From Eledone cirrhosa (Eukaryota), in the NCBI GenBank assembly GCA_964016885.1, contig OZ024741.1:70246001-70310000 (forward strand): 64,000 bases of DNA, given 5' to 3'. Below, in pieces: positions 13,578-27,764 of the stretch. A program made the position numbers and the translations under genes. Position 1 is the first letter of the stretch. Each line of letters starts with the position of its first letter. The notes below the pieces were generated by a model that worked only from the letters and a program-made list of their open reading frames with translations, searched no databases and was not told where the DNA came from.

Positions 13578-14324
13578 GAAACGGGAAAGGAAAGAAGGAA
13601 AGAAACGAGGAAGGAAGAACAAAGAGGAAAGAAGGAAAAATAAGAAAAATTGAAAGACAAGAGAGAAAGTGAAAGTAGATGACAACAATAGAAGTACGAA
13701 GTTAAAACAGTAACATTTTCTTCCACCTCACGAACAATTACCTCAAGACCTTTTCGTTAACATATTTATAATGAAACACACTGCCATTTTTTTTATTTCA
13801 TTTTGAAAAATTATCAAGAATTTAGAAGGATATTGTAAGATAATTAATTTTCTCGGTAATAAGCTGGTGTTTGAAACATAACATAACAAAGATTTTTACA
13901 TAAAATTATGATAGAAGGTTTTTAGAAATATATAAACACTTTAAAACAGATTCCACAACAGATACTTCTGTTTTACAGCTTCCCTTGTTTCCAATTTTCC
14001 TGTTCTTTTTCGTTTTCTTATGACATAATCTGCCTCCCAGCGGCGTTCAATATTTGAAATTTTACTTTTTCTTTTTATTTATTTTTATTTTTCTTCGTTT
14101 ATTTTTAATTATTTGTCTCACTAGCTATTTTTAATTAGCAACTGTAAGGAGTAATCGATACATCTCCTAGTCTGTCATGGCTTACTAGCTCTCTACTGAC
14201 GTTTGTTTTGATTAAATAAATAAATAACTAAACAAATAAATAAGTTTCGATCCATAGAACCAGGAAAGTTTAATGTAGTTTAGTATCAAATGTATGGTTA
14301 TGAATAAGATCAAAATATTAATTC

Positions 14325-14470
14325 CTGAATCAGGCACAAGGCCAACAATTTTGGAGGACGGGAAAGTCGATTAAATCGACCCCAGTGCGTTACTGGTACT
14401 TTATTTTATCGACCTCGTAAGGATGAAAGGCAAAGTTAACCTCGGCTGGATTTGAACCCAGAACGTAAAG
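14325..14470 (-). mobile_element. SINE, 5'-truncated
   Basis: AGGCACAAGGCC...ACTGGTACTTTATTTTATCGACC...GGATGAAAGGCAAAGTTAACCTCGG. Confidence 0.8.
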
Positions 14471-15099
14471 ATCAAAATAATAGAAGAAAACATATCTTAA
14501 TAATGTGTGTGTATGGGGGGGGGGGGGTACAAACAAGATAAATGAAAGTATTCAATATATGTGATAGTGATGATATTCATTTATCCACATTTGGAGCATT
14601 ATTCAGCCGCGGGGTATTGACAGAGTCTTTGGGGGCAAATTGGAATGAAGTTCCTTGTTCAATGACACAACGTATCACCCGCTTGGGAATCGAACCCACG
14701 TCTGTGAGACCACAACCCAATAGGATACGTCTTTTTACTATAAAGGAAAATAAAATTAAACTTATTCGTAGGAAAATGTCATGACAAACCATGAAGACAA
14801 AAATATAAAAATGTTGGGGGTTTTTTTAAATTATTTTTGGCGTCCACCGCCAACACCAGCGCCACCAACAAAATCTAAATCATATAAAAATAAAGGACTC
14901 AAGAAAAATAAAACAAAAGGAGGTGCATAGCAGTTAAGTGGGTGGGGGTGGGGGGAGGTAGATGAAATCTTAATGAGGAAAAAGAAAGCAGCAAAGAATG
15001 TTAAGATAATGCTAAGAATAAAGATGAAAAGACAAATAGCCTTTGTGTGTCTTCTCAGAACGAACAGAAAAGGGCAAGTGCTATATATATATATATATA

Positions 15100-15177
15100 C
15101 AGGGTGTCCCAAAAAATGTATACACACTTTGATTAGAATGTTGTTGACGTGTGTGTACATTTTTTTTGGACACCCTG
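15100..15177. mobile_element. Tc1/mariner-type MITE (78 bp)
   Basis: TIRs CAGGGTGTCCCAAAAAATGTA / TACATTTTTTTTGGACACCCTG, flanked by TA inside (TA)n. Confidence 0.8.
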
Positions 15178-15189
15178 TATATATATATA

Positions 15190-15349
<160 letters not shown>

Positions 15350-15865
15350 CATAACATAATATATACATACATACCTATGTACACACATATATTATATAAG
15401 TATATATATGTATATCATATATAATTATTATATAGAATATATTCTATTATGTTAAATCTATAGTTTATTCCGTGTAAAATGTGGGTAATGTTGGGAAAGA
15501 GGTGGTAATATATGTGCAAGAGAAAGGGAGGGGAGACTTTTCATCAGATGAGGTAGTGGCAACAGTGTGAGGTAGAAGAAAGTAAAGGTCATTTATGTTG
15601 ATGGCAGAGGATATTAAAAATTGTACGAGGCAGAAAAAAAGAAACGATGGTATAAGAAAAAGACGGTCATTTGTTTGAGTATTGATAGGAGAGGAAAGTA
15701 GTAAGAGTATGAGGCATTAGTAACGGCATGGTATGTGGTTGCAGAAAGAGGTAAAAAGTGAGGTGAGAACATTTAAGTAAATAACCTACTCTTTCTTTTA
15801 CCTCATAACGTTACTACTTTCCTCCTCTCTCTCTTGGACATCTCCTTCTACTGCGTAACATACCT

Positions 15866-16052
15866 AATAACTGTTTCTATGTTAGGCACAAGGCCAGCAA
15901 TTATCCCAGTGCATTACTTTATTTTATCGACCCTGTAAGGATGAAAGGCAAAGTTAACCTCGGCGGGATTTGAACTCAGAATGGCAAGGGACATAACTCT
16001 ATGCGTCAAAGTATGGCGTCCGACCCTCTACCGATACTGCCACTCCACCGCC
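15866..16052 (-). mobile_element. SINE, full length
   Basis: Reverse complement of the 8730-8920 type. Confidence 0.85.
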
Positions 16053-16559
16053 ACATACACATGTAATATACCGAGAACTGCAACTGGTTATCCTTTGGTA
16101 GGGATATTGGTTAATAGAAGTGATATAGTGGTTTGAGTAAGAATAGGAAAACGAAAACTGTAGTATTTTTAGTGATATATATTTGTTTAACTGTTAATTA
16201 GCGCATGTGCTATATTGCAATTAACTGTTGTCTTGGAAACTGTATTGTTTACAAAATAACCCAGTTTTCAATTAGATTAGCTTATTCATTTGTAATTAAC
16301 AAAGTACAGGGTGAAACATTATGATAGGGATTTACTGATCGCAACCAATATTAAGTCATTTTCTACGGTTAGGAAATTAACTAATGGCTTTGTTGGGGTA
16401 GTTAATAACAATAAACAAGGGAAAAAGGAAAAACTATCACTGAAACCCATTGTATATAAAGAAATATTAAATTAATGGTAGAAATGCAACAAGGTGTATA
16501 GAACTAGTTCCGGACTAAAAAAAAAAAAACACATGGTGGTTCACAAAGTTCGTATCCCA

Positions 16560-16728
16560 CAAAATCACCGGTCCTGTGAAAAGCACAACTCTCTTCTGCC
16601 ACCTGTGTTGTAAACCATGCATATCTACAGATGGTCTACAAAGTCATTTACGAATTCATGGACGCGGATGGGATGATAATGAAGAACCTATAAGAGACGG
16701 CAATCGTTGTGAAGACGCTGCAATCCTC
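16560..16728 (+). mobile_element. LINE 3' end with C2H2 finger (RTE-like), followed by (ATGT)n
   Basis: CHLCCKPCISTDGLQSHLRIH C2H2 motif immediately upstream of a simple-repeat tail. Confidence 0.45.
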
Positions 16729-16810
16729 ATGTATGTATGTATGTATGTATGTATGTATGTATGTATGTATGTATGTATGTATGTATGTATGTATGTATGT
16801 ACGTATGTAT

Positions 16811-17581
16811 GTTTTTCTGGTTTTATAATTTCCCAATTTTTTTCCCAATAGGGAGAGAGTCGGTTTCTAACATAGACATAAGACTCTCTCATTGGAATTT
16901 ACACAACATCAACTAGGTAGATTATGTATGCAAGCATGCATGTGTATCTGTACATGTGTATATGCAGTTATTAGATGCAATACTTTTTGGAATGTTTTAC
17001 ATATTTTTACTGTTCCATTAATGGATTATAGTTGTGTTCTTTCTTTTCCTGTGAAGCCTAGCTTCTCAAGATTTGTATTGAGGCAGTTACTAACATACCC
17101 CAGTGCCCCAATAATCACAGGCATAAATCGGAAGGTATAATCAGAGTGGAGTATCTGCAGATTTCTCATCAGTTCTGCATAAATATTCTCCTTTTCGCTA
17201 ATCTTTGATATTATATTGGCATCTGCTGGGCAGCTAATTTCCACTACTTTGCATGCCTTCTTTTCCCTGTTATGCCTGCATTTTATTGGCGTTTTTACTT
17301 ACTGGAACATTCCACAAGTACTCTTTCATATTATGTATATGTATGTCTTCCGCATTGCTTTAGCTTTTAATGTGTTTATTATCAGGGCTATCTTTTCTAC
17401 GGATTGCATTGTACAGTGTTTTGGCCACTACATCATGCTTCATTGGTAGATAGTACGGCGATGACATCTTTGGACAGCTGCTTATGACATGGGTGACATC
17501 TTCGATGTTAATTCTGCAGAGTCTGCGCTTGTTATCACATCTAGGTGTTTTGCCTACTTCCCTATCTCTTTTGTGAATCAG
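16811..17581 (-). mobile_element. R4/Dong-type non-LTR retrotransposon 3' fragment (CCHC knuckle plus restriction-like endonuclease), degenerate
   Basis: RLCRINIEDVTHVISSCPKM..YY..KHDVVAK knuckle; EISCPAD..I..K..EK...Y..L and PVIIGALG RLE motifs; frameshifted; embedded in (TATG)n on both sides. Confidence 0.8.
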
Positions 17582-17799
17582 GTATGTATGTATGTATGTA
17601 TGTATGTATGTATGTATGTATGTATGTATGTATGTATGTATGTATGTATGTATGTATGTATGTATGTATGTATGTATGTATGCATGCATGTATGTATGTA
17701 TGCTCATACATACACAGCCACATATATAATTTCATCATATATATGTATATATATATATATATGGAGGAAGTTATAGTTCACTTGAAGCATTGTGTAATG

Positions 17800-18060
17800 A
17801 GATATAAACGTTTGTATATAATAAAGCCAAAACATAAACATATACCATTTCTTGTCAGCATGACTTGGCAAGCTATTTAGAACACTGGTTTAACCGCTTT
17901 ACTTCCCTCCGAAGAAGAGATATTATCTCGAAAATTAAGGACATTTAAATAAATCTAAGGTAAAAGACTAATTGTCAACAATATCTTTTGCATTTGCATT
18001 CTTTATTCTATGTCCATACCTGCATTGTTTTGACTTTATTATACATATACAAACGTTTAT
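17800..18060 (+). mobile_element. PLE-like remnant with short inverted ends and a degenerate HHR
   Basis: ATAAACGTTTGTATATAATAAAG...CTTTATTATACATATACAAACGTTTAT inverted ends; CCT-CCGAAGA-AGAGAT-ATT-ATCTC-GAAA-ATTA-AGG at ~17906-17940. Confidence 0.45.
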
Positions 18061-18682
18061 ATATATATATATATATATAATGAAATTTAAAAAGAAAAAT
18101 TAATAAATAAATTAATCCAAGTGAAGAACTATTAAAGGATTATCTTGTTGATGTTGAGCATGTGACAGTGGAGTAAAGCAGAAGGTTTTGTTGTTTGGTT
18201 GTGTTGGCTATGTGAAAGGGGTGGGAGCTAGTAGATTTTTCTATGTAGAGGTAGAGAAGCAGCAATTGCTTCCACTGTCTTTGTTCGTGATGTTTCTGGT
18301 ACTGCTGTTGCTTTTGTTACCGCAATTATTGTTGCGGATGTATTAAAAGATAAATAATAACATTTGGCAAGTGACTTGATTTTAGGCCGTTTGTTAAAAC
18401 CAAAGCAATTATTAGGTCATTAAGTATGAAATGTCCGATTTCCTTAATCACAAAGTTTTGAAATCGGCGGACATTTCCCCCTCGCTAGCCTCTGGTAAAG
18501 CTTTCTCTATTCTGCCTGCTGGTGTTCTGGTGGTGTTCTGCTCATCAGTGAACGTTCTTTCACATATATCATTGTTGCTCCCTGTGTACTTAAATAAATA
18601 TATATTTATATATAGTAATAAGAAACTCTCGGGTGAGTTGGACAGAGAGATGAAACACTCCTCAAGCGAGTGTTTCCGCCTT

Positions 18683-18901
<219 letters not shown>

Positions 18902-19326
18902 TATATGCAGATAGATAAATCTCGGAGTAACAACATCAAGTGGCAATAGGAAGAGTGGGGGAAAATAAGGAGGGGAGGTAATAGGAAAAATAAATGTAAA
19001 ATGAAATGAAATGGAAACCAGAAATAAAGTTACCTTGGAATCGATTTATTAGTTCCTATATTTAGGATTTCTTATCCATCATCAGTAGGGTCCGATGGAA
19101 CTTTGGAGATTGTCAGAGAGGACTCTACGTGGCCATGTGTTGCTAGTGTCATTTAAGTAACCTTTTGCTAGATGTATATGGAGTGTGTTCTATGGACTCG
19201 TAACTCCTATTGAAGACGTATGGGTTCCCTTATGACATTTTAAGCCTGGCAGAGTCCATCTCTTTCAAGGTCTAAACACAGCCGATTCCTGCCTTCCAGA
19301 GAGAGAGAGAAAGAGAGAGAGAGAGG

Positions 19327-19375
<49 letters not shown>

Positions 19376-19392
19376 AAAGAGAGAGAGAGATA

Positions 19393-19455
<63 letters not shown>

Positions 19456-19494
19456 GAGTGTTAACTATGTAGTGAGATATGTGGAGGAAAAATC

Positions 19495-19580
19495 GAGACC
19501 AGTATTAAACTGGTACTCTTTGTCGACCTCGAAAGTATGAAAGGCAAGGTTGACCTCGGTGGGATTTGACCTCAGACCGT
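19495..19580 (-). mobile_element. SINE fragment
   Basis: ACTGGTACT...GTCGACCTCGAAAGTATGAAAGGCAAGGTTGACCTCGG. Confidence 0.65.
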
Positions 19581-20149
19581 GGATAGCCCTCCATTATGAT
19601 ATAATAACGTTCTTAAAATCAATGATGTTGTCCTCAGGTTAACCTTGCTCACTCATTGTCTTGTATTTATGTGTACGTGTGTGTGTCTGTGTGTGCGGAT
19701 GCACAATTGTGTACATGTGTGTGTGTATGTGCATTTGTGATTTTATTGTTTATGTGAGTGAGTGTATGTAGATGTTTGTGTGTACGTATGTATATATGTG
19801 TGTGTGTGCGTGCATGTGTGCCTGTGCACTTGTGTACGTGGGTGCGTCTGTGCTTATGAGCGTGTACATGCATACGCGTATGTGTGTGTGCGCACGCGTG
19901 TATATGTATCTTTTTTATGTGTATGCATGTATGCGTGTTCGTGCGTGTGTGTTTACGTGCATGTATGTACGTGCGTGCATGTATGTGAGTGTGCGTACGC
20001 CTGTCTGTGTATGTATGTATGTGTTTGCATGTATGAGTGTATATGTGTGTGTTTGTGTTTGCACGCGTGTGTTCGCATATGCATGTCTGTATGTATGTAT
20101 ATATGCATGTATGCATACATGAATGTGTATTTGTTGTTTGTTGCGTTTA

Positions 20150-20181
<32 letters not shown>

Positions 20182-21086
20182 TTATGTATGCATTTATGTA
20201 TGTGTGTATGTGTATATGTGTGTAGGTATATGTGTTTATGTATGCATTTATGTATGTGTGTATGTGTATATGTGTGTAGGTATATGTATGTGTGTATGTA
20301 TGAGACTGCGTGCGTGTGATTGCATGTATGTCTGTACATGCGCGTGTATATTCGTATGTATGTACGTATGTATGTATTAAGTATGCGTGTGTGTGTGAGT
20401 GTGTATGTGAGTAAGTGTGTGTGTACGTGTGTGTGAGTGTGTGTGAATGTGTATGTGAGTATGTGTATGAGTGTATGTGAGTGTGTATGTATGTGTGTGT
20501 GTGTGAGTGTGTATATGTGTGTATTCGCGTGTGTATGTATGTGTGTGTGAGTGTATATGTATGTATGTGTGAGTGTTTATGTGAGTGTGTATATGTGTGT
20601 ATGTGTGTGTGCTTTAGCACAAGTCAAACTCACAGAATGGTAAAAAGCAACAACAACAACAAAAATCCATCATAATCCCGAGGGAGAGTGAACGTATGTC
20701 TGGCGCATGTATATATACATTTAGGCTGCCTTCTGACATCTTTGCTGGCCATCAATCGCCAGAGTAACGTTTGCTTCCTGTTTAGTCTGTTGAAAAGACC
20801 GCGGTAGATATTTGTGCTGGCAACCAACATTTACACACACACATACACACACACATATGCACTCTCTCTCACACACACACTCACACACACACATATGCAC
20901 ACACACACACACTCACACTCACACATGCACATGCACACACACAGACACACATGCATACACGCACGTATGACAAGACAAGCATCCTTGACTATTTTTACCA
21001 TTTGTTTGGATATTTAGATAGAGATACATTCGAAGATAGATTGGATAGAGAGACAAATAAATAATAGGTAAATAGATAGATAGATA

Positions 21087-22962
21087 TGTTTCTTTATTAG
21101 CCACGGGGCCACAAAAGAAGGGGACAAATACAAAGGGGGAAGTTTACATACAATAAAAACGTGTAAAATACTATCACAAATGCAATTTAAAAATTAATCG
21201 ATTTTCCCCAATAGGGGGAGACATTATATATGGGTAACACATATCCCCGAAAAAATGTGCAACCCTCATCTCCAGGACTACGAAGAGTGAGTACCCATTT
21301 CCTCTCTTCCTCTTTTTCCTCAACCTACAGGCTGATATAGAGAGAAGGCCCATTCACTCGGGCCATTCTCGCCACTTTCACCCACCTTTCATAAAACTTG
21401 CTGGGGTACAGCACCTCTCTCTCCATCCTGATTCTTCTTCCAAAGTGGTATTTGAAAAAAAGAATCAGTTGTTGGCCGGAGAGAAAGGTGTCTGACCTCA
21501 GCCCTTTCAACCTTGTCCACCATACAACCTCTTTCGCCATAGCTATCACACAAAGGAAAACCGCCTCTGCTTCGTTTTTGAAGGAGGGTGGCGGTTTGAT
21601 CATGACAATGGACTCGGTGGTCAACCGAATTGGTCCCACTCGCGACAATAGTTCTTCTGCATAGCCCCACAGGTTGGTAACGCCCGGGCAGTGTGTGAAT
21701 GCGTGCGCGACGGTTTCTTCGTCTCGCACGCATCTCGGACAGATCTTTTTCGAAGGGTCCCTGCCCGGGCGCCCATGTCTGTAGAGCTTGTCTCGAACTG
21801 GTAGAGCTCCTCGGTAGCACTGCCAGGCCAGGGACTTTTGGAAGTTGACCATCGGTCCCGGACGGAAGGTCCTACCGAACAGACTGGCCAGTTCGTCTTC
21901 CTCTACGCCCAGAGTTTCTCCGGGCGCGTCGTCGCACTTGCTGCAGACCAACCCTCTATAGAATGACAAAGTGGAGTCTCCACTGATCGCCGGGTCCGCC
22001 TGCCAGAGGGCTGTGAGCGCCTGAGCACATTCGATGTTCCAGACGCCCATTTTTCTCGGTCTTTGCTTGACCCAGGACTGCAGCTCGGTCAGCGAAACGA
22101 GTCGCAGGAAGGCTCGCCTCACGAATGGGGCCCACACCGGTTGTCCGGTGAGGAATACGTGGAGATGCCGCAGCCTGAGCTCGTGTTTGCGCATCGTCAG
22201 CCACGGCATCCCCAGCTCTCCGTTGGAAGGGTGTTGGCAGCAGATGGATCTTCTCACCAAAGGTGCCCGCTTCTTCCAAAGGAATTGGAAGAGAGCGCGC
22301 TCCATTTTGGTGAGCGTTTTGGCTGGACAAGGCACGACGGTCAAGCGGTAGTAGATGACGGACGCTATAAAAGTGTTCGCCACCTCCGCTCGACCTTTCA
22401 AGGATAGTTTGCACTCGGCCCAGTTCTGGGTGAGTGCAAACACCTTGGCCGTCACCTCGTTCCGGTTTTTATCCACCTGGAGGTCCGAACCAAACCAGAC
22501 CCCGAGCAGCTTTACCGGTCCTTCCGTCCAGCGTCCGACGACGCCATCGGAAGGCATCGGTTTGCCTCTCCACGATCCGAGTTGCAAACCGATGGACTTG
22601 TCCCGGTTCAGCTTCGCTCCTGTGAACCTTTCGTATACCTTCAGTAAGGTGCCGACTTCCTCGATTTGCGAGGTGCTCGACACCATTACTGTCAGGTCGT
22701 CGGCGTAGGCCGACGGCGCTTTCCGCAGTCCCGGTTCCAGAGGGATGCCCTGCAATAGCTCCAACTGCCACAGTAGTGGCCCAAGAGTCAGTACGTACAG
22801 AAGCGAGGAGAGAGGGCATCCCTGTCGGATGGATCGCGTGATATGGAGAGGTAGCCGTTCGCCTTGACCCTTGAGCAGATGTTGCTGCTGTGCATTGCAG
22901 CAATCCAGCCCCTGAACACGGGTCCGAAGCCTGCCGCCTCGAGCACCGCATCCAGGTAACGA
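21087..22962 (-). mobile_element. Tx1/L1-clade LINE, 5'-truncated, inserted in (GATA)n
   Basis: GC-rich island; RT segments YLDAVLEAAGFGPVFRGWI, RQGCPLS and AYADD; 3' end AATAAAGAAAC running into (TATC)n; (GATA)n at the 5' junction. Confidence 0.9.
21325..22850 (-). pseudogene. Tx1-type ORF2 C-terminal half (RT domains, thumb, zf-RVT)
   Basis: Open frame containing GCPLSSLLY, AYADDLTV, KLLGVWF, LSLKGRAEV and CPRC..ETVAHAFTHC; the N-terminus is truncated. Confidence 0.88.
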
Positions 22963-22996
22963 TATAGTTATATAGATAGACAGGTAGATAGATAAG

Positions 22997-23066
<70 letters not shown>

Positions 23067-23067
23067 T

Positions 23068-23116
<49 letters not shown>

Positions 23117-24398
23117 GAGAGAGATAGAAAGACAGGCAGTGCGTGTCTAGATACGTGTTCGAGCGTATTTTGAATATGGAAGATTAATGTAGGTGAAAGG
23201 TAGCAGAAAACTGATTATATAGAGAAGGATACAGTGAAATACTGAGGGGAAAAGAGAGATGGAAAGATAGAAAGATAATTAGAAAGTGGAGGAAGATACA
23301 TTTTCCCCTGGTTTTAAGCATGTTTCTGGCTGAAGTCAATTTCCTGAAAATTATGGAGCCAGCTGGATTATCCAAGATTCATTGGAAGGGGCCAGATGGT
23401 CTTAGTCTTTATCCATACGTATGAAGATGTTTCATTTAGGATGTCACAGTTAACAACTTGTTTTGCTCCTTCCTGCACCCTGGATCCTGGATGCTGCAGT
23501 AAAGGGGAGGGTTACTGCATCCATAACCAAACGGAATAATATTCTAAAATGCTAACAATTATCGGCAAGCTATTTTTCTTAGCCTCTGGTGTTCGAGACC
23601 TTTGTGTGAGTTGGGTTGCTGACAACGAAGTTCTTGCCCGCGAGGTCTTGGTTATTCCAGCGCCTTATTTAATAATTTAACAAATAATAATTTAACAAAT
23701 TTGTTAATAAATTAACAAATAAAATGTGGATTGCTTTATTATTATGAGTGTAATTTTGTGCATATATGTTTGATAAAAATTTAAGAAAATATAAGAGAAA
23801 ATTATTGTAATTGATTTAAACGAATGTAAAATGAAATACTGCGATGGCCAAAGTGACAAGATGGAGAAGGTAAAAGAAAATTCGAGAATTCAAGCATCTT
23901 TATATAGAATGTAAATTGTTAAATTAAATATTCATTTTTTTTACTATAAACACCGTTATTTCTGACGGATGCTATGCTAGTGTATATATATATAATTGTT
24001 TCTACTTTAGGCACAATATAATATAATATAATATAATATAATATAATATAATATAATATAATATAGTAGCGGGAGAAGAGAAGAGGTGGGTTGTTGAACA
24101 TGTTTTGCCATTAGGGGAATATAGTAATGAATATGTAGTGTTTTTATATTTTATTCGAAGCTAAAGCTTATATCGTACCTCTATGTTTCACGGTACCAAT
24201 TGTTTCATGATTAGGACTTACTGTAAACGAGTTCAAAACAAGATTTTCTGAGAAAAGTACTACTGAAATTTCGTTTTCTTTCATATGGAAGCTCACTGAC
24301 TAGGGAGATATCTACACAAATATCATCTGCAGTATTGTTAGCAGCTGATCATATGTCTATTCTGAACAGCTGATTCTGATTATTCTAGACTTACGAGT

Positions 24399-24506
<108 letters not shown>

Positions 24507-24828
24507 GAAAGGTATAGAAAACATTGTAGCGAAAAGCCAACAGTATTCCATAATATATAAGTGACTATAGCGTCAAAATGGGAAAAATAGTTAACGTAAG
24601 ATGTGGGAAAAATAATTCAAACTCATCTCAAAGAGAATCAGGATATAGATTCATCCACAGAATTTAGTGAAATCCAGGGAAAAATCAATAGAGCCTTAAC
24701 TCATGATAAAATAAAGTTTAAAATACTCATCCTTCAATTTGGAAAAACTTCAAATGCTCTGTATAGTCTTAAAGACTATTTCACGAAAACTTTCAGTGGA
24801 GATGGTCATATATATATGTGTGTGTGTG

Positions 24829-24885
<57 letters not shown>

Positions 24886-25457
24886 CTTCTTAATTTTTAT
24901 CAAGTTTTGCTGTGACCTGTTCTCTCTTTCTCCCTATCTATTCTGTTGCTATCAACTCTTCCCCCTTCTTTCTTTTTCTCCCTTTCTCGCGCTCACTTTT
25001 ACTCTCTCTCTCTCTGCTAGCCACCTCGCTGTTTCTCTCGCCTGTACCTCTCGCTGTCTCTTTCTTACTTGCGGAGGTCAGACGTGTTTTTTCTCTCGTC
25101 CACACAAGCCTCGGACTTAAGTTCAGTAGTTGATGTCGACTTAAATTTTTTCTCATTCTTCGAGTTGCTCACACACATGTGCTTCGGGTATCTCTCTTCG
25201 GTTTGTTATTTTCTGGGGTGTTTTTTCGGTGTTTTATTCCTTTTTTCCTTCTTTTATATATTTTTTCTCTTTCTCCCTTTTTTCCCCAATAATTTCCTTT
25301 AGTTATTGACGCACTGGGGCTAGATATCTTGTCTTTAATGGCGTAGAAATATCCAGACAACTGATGAAGGAAAATTTTCTCCCGTTCCTCTTATTTATAA
25401 GTACACCTTATCCACCAACTACACAGCCTCTGTTTCTTATATATATATATATATACA

Positions 25458-25492
<35 letters not shown>

Positions 25493-25503
25493 GGGGGTGT
25501 ATG

Positions 25504-25645
<142 letters not shown>

Positions 25646-25669
25646 TGTGTGCGTGCGTGTGTGTGTCTG

Positions 25670-25702
<33 letters not shown>

Positions 25703-26401
25703 ATGGCCCCTTAACCCCTGATACAGTCGTAGGGGCGCCGTATTGACATACGGCGTTTTGGGGGTATTTTTAAAGCCTGGCAAAGCCCATCTCTCTCTAA
25801 GCCTGCGCACAGATTTCTTCCAGAAAGAGGAAAAATTGACCCCCAGCGAATTCGGGATATTTCGACCAACCACATGCGTAAGACCGATCAATTTCACAAC
25901 TTGTACGAGTCAATAGGTGAGTGAGAGAGAAATATAAAACAGGTATTAGAGCGTATATTATACAAAACAATAAAAACAACGAGGAAAATTGTTCAACTTA
26001 CTCTCATGGTGAATCTGCTAGTTGGGAGAAAAGAATAAGTTGGCGGGAATAGCATAAGGTTTCCCTGCTAGTACCGGTTGCATCTCAGCGTAGTCAATAG
26101 GTAAAGTTATGTAAAAATCCCAGAGTAGACACAAAGTTAAATGCTTCAATACAACACACGGGTACCATACATCTATACCCGTGTGTGTGGTTATGTGATT
26201 GTATGTATGCAAGTGTGTGTTGTGTTTAGAGAGAACAGATGGATGATTGATACGGAGTGTTAGTATATAAAGGGATGTTGAATCATTATATATTGTCAGT
26301 AGGTTCTATCTTTGCTAACGCAAGTTTAACTTGATTATTTACTTTCGATTTTATTGAAATTTTGTGCTGAAAATTAAGTACTTTAACACACACACACACA
26401 T

Positions 26402-26523
26402 AACAAAGAAAGTGTGGTAAGAAACCAGGTGAACCATAACGCACCAGTATACTCGATACTTAGGGTAGTAGAGTGGGTTTCGAAACGGCCAGAGCTCAGC
26501 CGTCGGGGTCCCGACTCTTTTCC
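26402..26523. mobile_element. PLE-like family A two-arm remnant
   Basis: Family A tail arm plus TCGAAACGGCCAGAGCTCAGCCGTCGGGGTC arm ending in (TA)n. Confidence 0.65.
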
Positions 26524-26602
26524 TATATATATATATATATATACACACATATATATATTTCAAAAACATACTTACATGTTTACGTTTATAATTTGCTTGT
26601 AT

Positions 26603-26697
<95 letters not shown>

Positions 26698-26850
26698 TAC
26701 ACGGGTGTGTATGATTGTGTATAGAAGATTATATTAATAAAAGGAATTCCAACTTTGTCTGATTTACTCGTTTAATTTACAATCTTTTATCATTTATAAT
26801 GGTATTAGAATGAAATAGTATGGTAGAATATTAAATGTTAAGTGTTGATT

Positions 26851-26887
26851 GAACAAGTACTTTCATGCTTTCGCAATCTTCAGGTTC
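26851..26887 (-). ncRNA. Minimal type I hammerhead ribozyme
   Basis: GAAC-CTGAAGA-T-TGC-GAAA-GCA-T-GAAA-GTAC-TT-GTTC; palindromic stem III AAGTACTT. Confidence 0.75.
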
Positions 26888-26959
26888 ATAATGTGTGGTG
26901 ACAGTCAAGTTTGCAATTTTCAACTGCAAATTGCAAACTTGACTGTCACCACACATTCG

Positions 26960-26996
26960 GAACCTGAAGATTGCGAAAGGATGAAAGTACTTGTTC
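26960..26996 (+). ncRNA. Minimal type I hammerhead ribozyme (one stem II mismatch)
   Basis: GAAC-CTGAAGA-TTGCGAAAGGAT-GAAAGTACTT-GTTC. Confidence 0.65.
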
Positions 26997-27112
26997 AATT
27001 AACACTTAACATTTAATATTCTACCATACTATTTCATTCTAATACCATTATAAATGTTAAAGGATTGTAAATAAAACGAGTAAATCACACAAAGTTGGAA
27101 TTCCTTTTATTA

Positions 27113-27163
<51 letters not shown>

Positions 27164-27164
<1 letters not shown>

Positions 27165-27345
27165 CGGAGGAAATGTGGTAAGGAACCAGGTGGACCATAA
27201 CGCACCAAAGTACTCAATACTTAGGGTAGTAGAGTGGGTAATAGGAACGAGTAGGACCCCGACGGCGGCTAATTCTGGACTCAGAATTAGCCAGAATTAG
27301 CCGTCGAAACGGCTTGAGCTCAGCCGTCGGGGTCCTACTCGTTTC
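27164..27345. mobile_element. PLE-like family A fold-back
   Basis: Tail arm plus inverted ACGAGTAGGACCCCGACGGC...GCCGTCGGGGTCCTACTCGT. Confidence 0.7.
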
Positions 27346-27622
27346 TCTCTCTCTCTCTATATATATATATATACACACATATATATATATACATATATAT
27401 ATCATGAAGCGTTGAGGTTATAGGATGAGTTACTCATGCCGGTATCTGAGAGATTTGAGGCTCAGTTCTTCATACCGGTCGGTGGAAAGTTCTTTTTCCA
27501 TCTTTTAATGGTCTTCACCCTATTTTATAAGCTATTTAATAGTGTCTATGCGCATGAGCACATTATCCTTAGCATTAGGTTACGTTTATACATATATACA
27601 TATATATACATATATATCTATA

Positions 27623-27764
<142 letters not shown>

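Larger units (their letters stand above)
26731..27114. mobile_element. ~380-bp fold-back (two ~185-bp inverted arms), one HHR per arm
   Basis: Arms ~26731-26918 and ~26928-27114 are reverse complements with few mismatches. Confidence 0.85.

Noticed and set aside
19050-19092. Minus-strand CCTA-CTGATGA-TGGAT..ATCC-TAAA-TA-TAGG
   Set aside because: G12 is missing, so it is not called as a ribozyme; likely a decayed relative.
21389-22951. Overlapping alternative-frame ORFs in the GC-rich island
   Set aside because: Shadow frames of the Tx1 ORF2.
25355-25390. ACAACTGATGAAGGAAAATTTTC
   Set aside because: Cannot fold a stem II or stem I; at most a decayed pLTR motif.
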